The notes beneath the pieces are model-generated. The model saw only the letters and a program-made list of their open reading frames with translations. It did no database searches and was not told the origin of the DNA. DNA of 63,886 nucleotides, the filler included, from Vannella sp. (lineage: Eukaryota), in assembly GCA_023345925.1 (NCBI GenBank). It is 5 parts of 5 records of this genome, joined end to end, with 100 filler letters (N's around TTAATTAATTAA, not from the genome) between each part and the next. Parts side by side here need not be neighbours in the genome. Positions count along the whole stretch, not along the records: positions 59,911 to 63,886 come from JAJQQN010000417.1; 4 more parts are not named here. One strand, given 5' to 3'. Position 1 is the stretch's first letter. The number at the start of each line of letters is the position of its first letter. Below are positions 59,911-63,886 of this stretch, one piece after another. Both the position numbers and the translations under genes were made by a program.

Positions 59911-62900
59911 CTCATGCTGAACCATGAATATAGCCAAAGAACTACGGAACCATCCAGGAAGGGGTCCTCTTCCGCGCATCTGCGAGTGCGCAGAAGGGCT
60001 ACAAGAAGTACTGGGGTGTGGTGGGCTCTTCCTTACTCTACTTCTACCGAAGCGCCAAAGTAAGACGATGCGTGACTTCACATGTCCTTCTCTAAAGCTA
60101 AACGGTTCAAACGAACAGGAGACCAAGGAGACGTCGAGTATCCTCCTGGAGAACATTTGCATCACCAAGGACGCCCCCTCCAAGGGTCTCTTCCCTTTCA
60201 CACTGACACCACCAGACGGGGAAACTCTCTTTCTTGCGACTGCCACGGAAGAGGAACGAGAAGAGTGGACTCGGAGCCTGTCCTGGGTGCGAACGACCCC
60301 ACGACCCTCCCCCAGGCTTCCTCGCTGACCCTGGGATAGATCACAAACTGCAAATCGTCTACAGGAGAAACGGATGAAAGCGAAGACGAGCTGATGTCTC
60401 CTCGACAAGGGCTCTCTCCACGGCAAGGAAACTCCCTCTCCCCTCCCTCATCAGGGCCTTCTGGGACAACCTCCTCCGCCTTCAGTAAGCCAAAGAGCAT
60501 CCTTACACTGTCTAACAGCAGATAGAACGGGAGAAGCTCCTCCTTTCCTACCGGTTCATGAGGGACCAGATGTTGGACCAAGTGCCTCCCCGCGTTGTTT
60601 ACCTTCCCCAGGATGAAGTGATGCACCGCTTCGGGTATGAGATAGCTATTCGCAAGCTGTTCAAGGTCTATGAAGGACTGGACACTCTCTTCTTCAAAGA
60701 CTCGGTCGTCGGAGGTGACTTTGTCTCGGATTTGATCGCTTTCTTGTCCAATCACGATCGCATTCGCTCCTTAGTGTTCGAGAACACAAAAAATAACCAT
60801 TGTGATCGATTGGCGTCAGAATGCATCAATGTGCTTCCCACATCGGTATCTTCTTTGTCGTTTATTGGCTCTCTCACCCCCAAAGGTGTTCATTCTCTTC
60901 CTACGGCCCTCCAAGACAACAACGCAGGTCTATCTACTTTAACTCTTCAGCGGCTGCCACTGAAGCACGATCTGGAGGGGATTCTCCAAGCTGTCTCTCT
61001 CTCAGCTATTGAGTCTTTGGTATGTTCAGACCTTTTGTTTCATGCCAAGTCTCACGGCTTTCAGGACCTGACAGGATCAGAATTGGGCGATGCGGGACTT
61101 CTTGTGGGACTGCCTCACATTATTGCCAGCCCCAAGCTACGAACTCTGAATTTATCGCAAACGGGAATCACAAAGAACAGTAAAAGTACACTGACCAGTC
61201 TCCTATCCGGCACACTTGGGCTGACTTCCCTCGACCTATCCGGAAACAAGTGAGTTGGCTCTAATTGATCTGTTTCGATTGTAGCGTTAACCTCGTCGCT
61301 CTATATAGATTGGCTGAGACTGTAGAGAGCGTGTTCGCCGTCCTTGCCTGCTCTGAAAGAGGGTTGGTTCATTTGAACGTCGCGGATACAAAGATGTCGA
61401 ATGGCTCCATCTTCGAACTTTGCAAGCTCCTCCAGATCAACGGCCCCTTAAGATCTCTCGATATTTCAGAAAACAAACTGAAGGAAGACACCGCGAAGAT
61501 TCTTTGCGTGGCTATCCGCCAAAACCACACCATAACCTCTTTGAACTTCCGAGGCACTTTCCGATCTATTCAACCTGATGAGATTGCAACGTTAGAAAGT
61601 CAGCTGAAAGCCAATGTAAGTCATGGAACTGGAGGAGGATCCTTTACTGAAAGGAAGCTTTAGAACGCATCTGTATCATCAGGGAAAGCTCAAGTGGGTG
61701 AGAAAGCAGGCCGATCACCGCTCTCTGTCATTCGCGAGAACAAGGAGAAAGAAGAGCTTCTGGGCAGCTTTCTTGAAACCGACTTGATAATCTTCCACGA
61801 GGAGGATGTGGCAAACGACATGTACAAGCAAGTCAAGGAGGTGGTAGAGAAGACATGGAATACTTCTGTCTCCTCTGGTGAGCAGGAGCCATTACCGCAG
61901 ATTGGAGGGTTGGAACTTCCCGACGCCCGGTACACGTTGGGAAATAACGCTTGTTTCATTGCCCCCATACTCTCTTTGCTTCGTATTGTTGGATACCTGA
62001 AGCGAAGAACATCTTCTTATGGTGAAGGAGAAACAACAGTAGCTCTGAAATCTTCTTACATGCACAAAAGAGGCGGTAAAATGAAGAACTGGAGGCGCCG
62101 TTGGTTCTCCTTAACGGGGAAATCAATTCATTACTATGTTAATGAGAATAAGAACACTCACAAGGGCTCTATCCCACTGCGACAAGCTCAAGTCCATCAA
62201 ACGGGGGGTGGTGTCACAGCTTACTCGTTTATCATTGCTACACCCCAGCGTGACTTTTTCCTTTCTTGCGAGAATGAAGAGGACCGAGAAGAATGGATGG
62301 CTGCCGTAGCGAAAGCTCAATCTCGGACATCGACCAGAGATGCAAACACCTCTTCTAATCAAATCAAGCAACAGATAGCTCAACTGGAGCAAACCTACCA
62401 AGCATTCGGTCGTAGCGATCCACACACCCACTGGATACTTCAGTGGTGGGTTCCCATGTTCCTTGAAGTGCTCACACGCTTCCATGCGTGTCGAGATGGT
62501 GAACACTATCGATCTCTGAGCAAATTTTTGAAGGAGAAGACAACGATGGCCCTTTATCTCTTGACAGGTGATCAGCTCTATGACCGCAAGTTCGTACGAG
62601 CATTTGAAGGGCTCGTTCGATCTACCCACGAATCGGGAAAGGCCAAAGACTTCCTTGCTGCCCGCTTGCGAAGAATGCAAGACATTCTTGTTCAGGGGAC
62701 AGAATATTCCGCAGGTGTGACAGTTCCGAGTGTGGTTGAATTCCACACGTTATGGAAGCTGCAGTCATCCATTGATCGGCTTCTTATCACTCCACAAGTG
62801 AAGAATTCTCACAAGTTGCCCGTGAAAGTATGTTTCCTGGTGAGGCGCGATCACCAAGACTTACCATTTCGTTTGGATTATAGAACGCCTCAAGATTAAC

Positions 62901-63886
62901 TCACGCGTTATTGGAATTGGATGATTTGAGCTCCTCTCTCCGCCCCATCTTGGATAGAATGGGTCCCTGTATGCTCAACGACCTTCTACACATCAATAAG
63001 GTTGATGATCATTTAGAAGGTAAGCAGAAAGCGATCTAACTGGAGACTTGGTTCTCTTCTTTAACACCAAAATAAGGTCAACCTGGGACACCTCGAAGAG
63101 AGAAGGCTGGCTCCATGCTGGGACAAGTTTTTGAGTATTCCATTCTTCTGAGTATTCCAAATCAAGTCAACTCTGCCCAAGAAGAAGGAAGCAACACCAT
63201 GGATTTCCGAATCCTCGTGTTCCCTCCCCGCCGCGCATACACAGAAGTGGGAGACCAACCACAGGACATCTTCTATTACCTGCAAGAGTTTCAACTTGTT
63301 CGCTCTGTAAGTCCCCCTTGCTAACATTCCTCCATAACTTACTCTACTATCAGCTCTATCGGCCTTCCTACCGATTTATAATGTTCACTCGCTGGCTCAA
63401 GCAGCATTGGCCCACTAGCCAGAACAAAAGAGTCACAGAGATCTTGCCAAACGACAATCTGTTCGCCTTACGAATGGTTTTCTTGATGTGGTCCCTCTAC
63501 AAACAGCTGAAAACGGCGCCAATCTCAATGGATGATGTGATGTTGTACAATCGATGGACAGAGTATCGCTCTTGTGCCGAAGAGATTATCTCTCACGTGA
63601 GTTTTGTTCTTTCCTGTCGGTCCCTCCAAATACTAACGATTCAACTGTCAGCTTGCGACCTGTGCCGCTCATGGATATGACAGCGACGACCCGCTCGTAC
63701 AAAACGGCTTTGATGTTCTCCTCGCCAGCACTTCCACCATCCTCCTCTGCACAATGCACTCCCTCCTTCAGAGTCCCGATGCTTCCATTCCCTCCTCTCC
63801 CGTCCTTTCCCCCCACGAAGCTCCTCAAAGTCCTGTCCGAAGTCAATCTCTCTTCTAAAGACTTAATTCTTTTCAGAACTTCCTAG
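59911..63886 (+). CDS. PH + RNI/CARMIL-like LRR + second PH domain protein; multi-exon; probable start at 59747 before the gap; 3' incomplete
   Basis: PH1 IQEGVLFRAS…YKKYWGVV…LYFYRSAK/…LATATEEEREEWTRSL; LRRs LDLSGN, LNVADT, LDISEN..…NHTITSLNF; PH2 MHKRGGKMKNWRRRWFSL…HKGSIPL…EDREEWMAAV. Confidence 0.8.

Overview
Eukaryotic, very gene-dense genomic DNA from a microbial eukaryote. It is most plausibly an amoeboid protist, an inference from the ~45-65 bp GT-AG introns with CTAAC/CTGAC-type branch points, the HDEL-terminated PDI and the gene repertoire. The window holds five sequence blocks joined by four identical 100-bp artificial spacers (N44-TTAATTAATTAA-N44). About 29 protein-coding genes are recognisable, most of them spliced, so the ORF track fragments them. 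Housekeeping genes: V-ATPase A, PDI, NEDD8, NIP7, CABIN1/Hir3, AP-3 delta, crooked-neck, NUFIP1/Rsa1, small Tim, TEX2/Nvj2-like, TTC39, RBR ligase, F-box/LRR, ANK-TBC and a Sos7/Zwint-like protein. The most striking locus is a 19-exon surface-receptor gene (29369-33999). Each of its 17 internal exons (69 or 66 bp, all flanked by phase-2 introns) encodes exactly one LRR. The LRRs are followed by a Ser/Thr stalk with 90-bp repeats, a GAIN/GPS autoproteolysis motif (HL/TNFALL) and a single TM helix, so the gene is structurally a cassette-modular LRR receptor. Other notable items: a nucleotidyltransferase-like + ankyrin giant protein, an archaeal-type AlaX-S-like editing protein, a mitochondrial-clan-like P450, a TOPLESS-like protein, a tandem pseudo-subtilase, and a palindromic pair of UPRE-like motifs directly upstream of PDI. 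No rRNA, tRNA, CRISPR or transposon was recognised. Family assignments come from motif recognition by eye, not from database searches.
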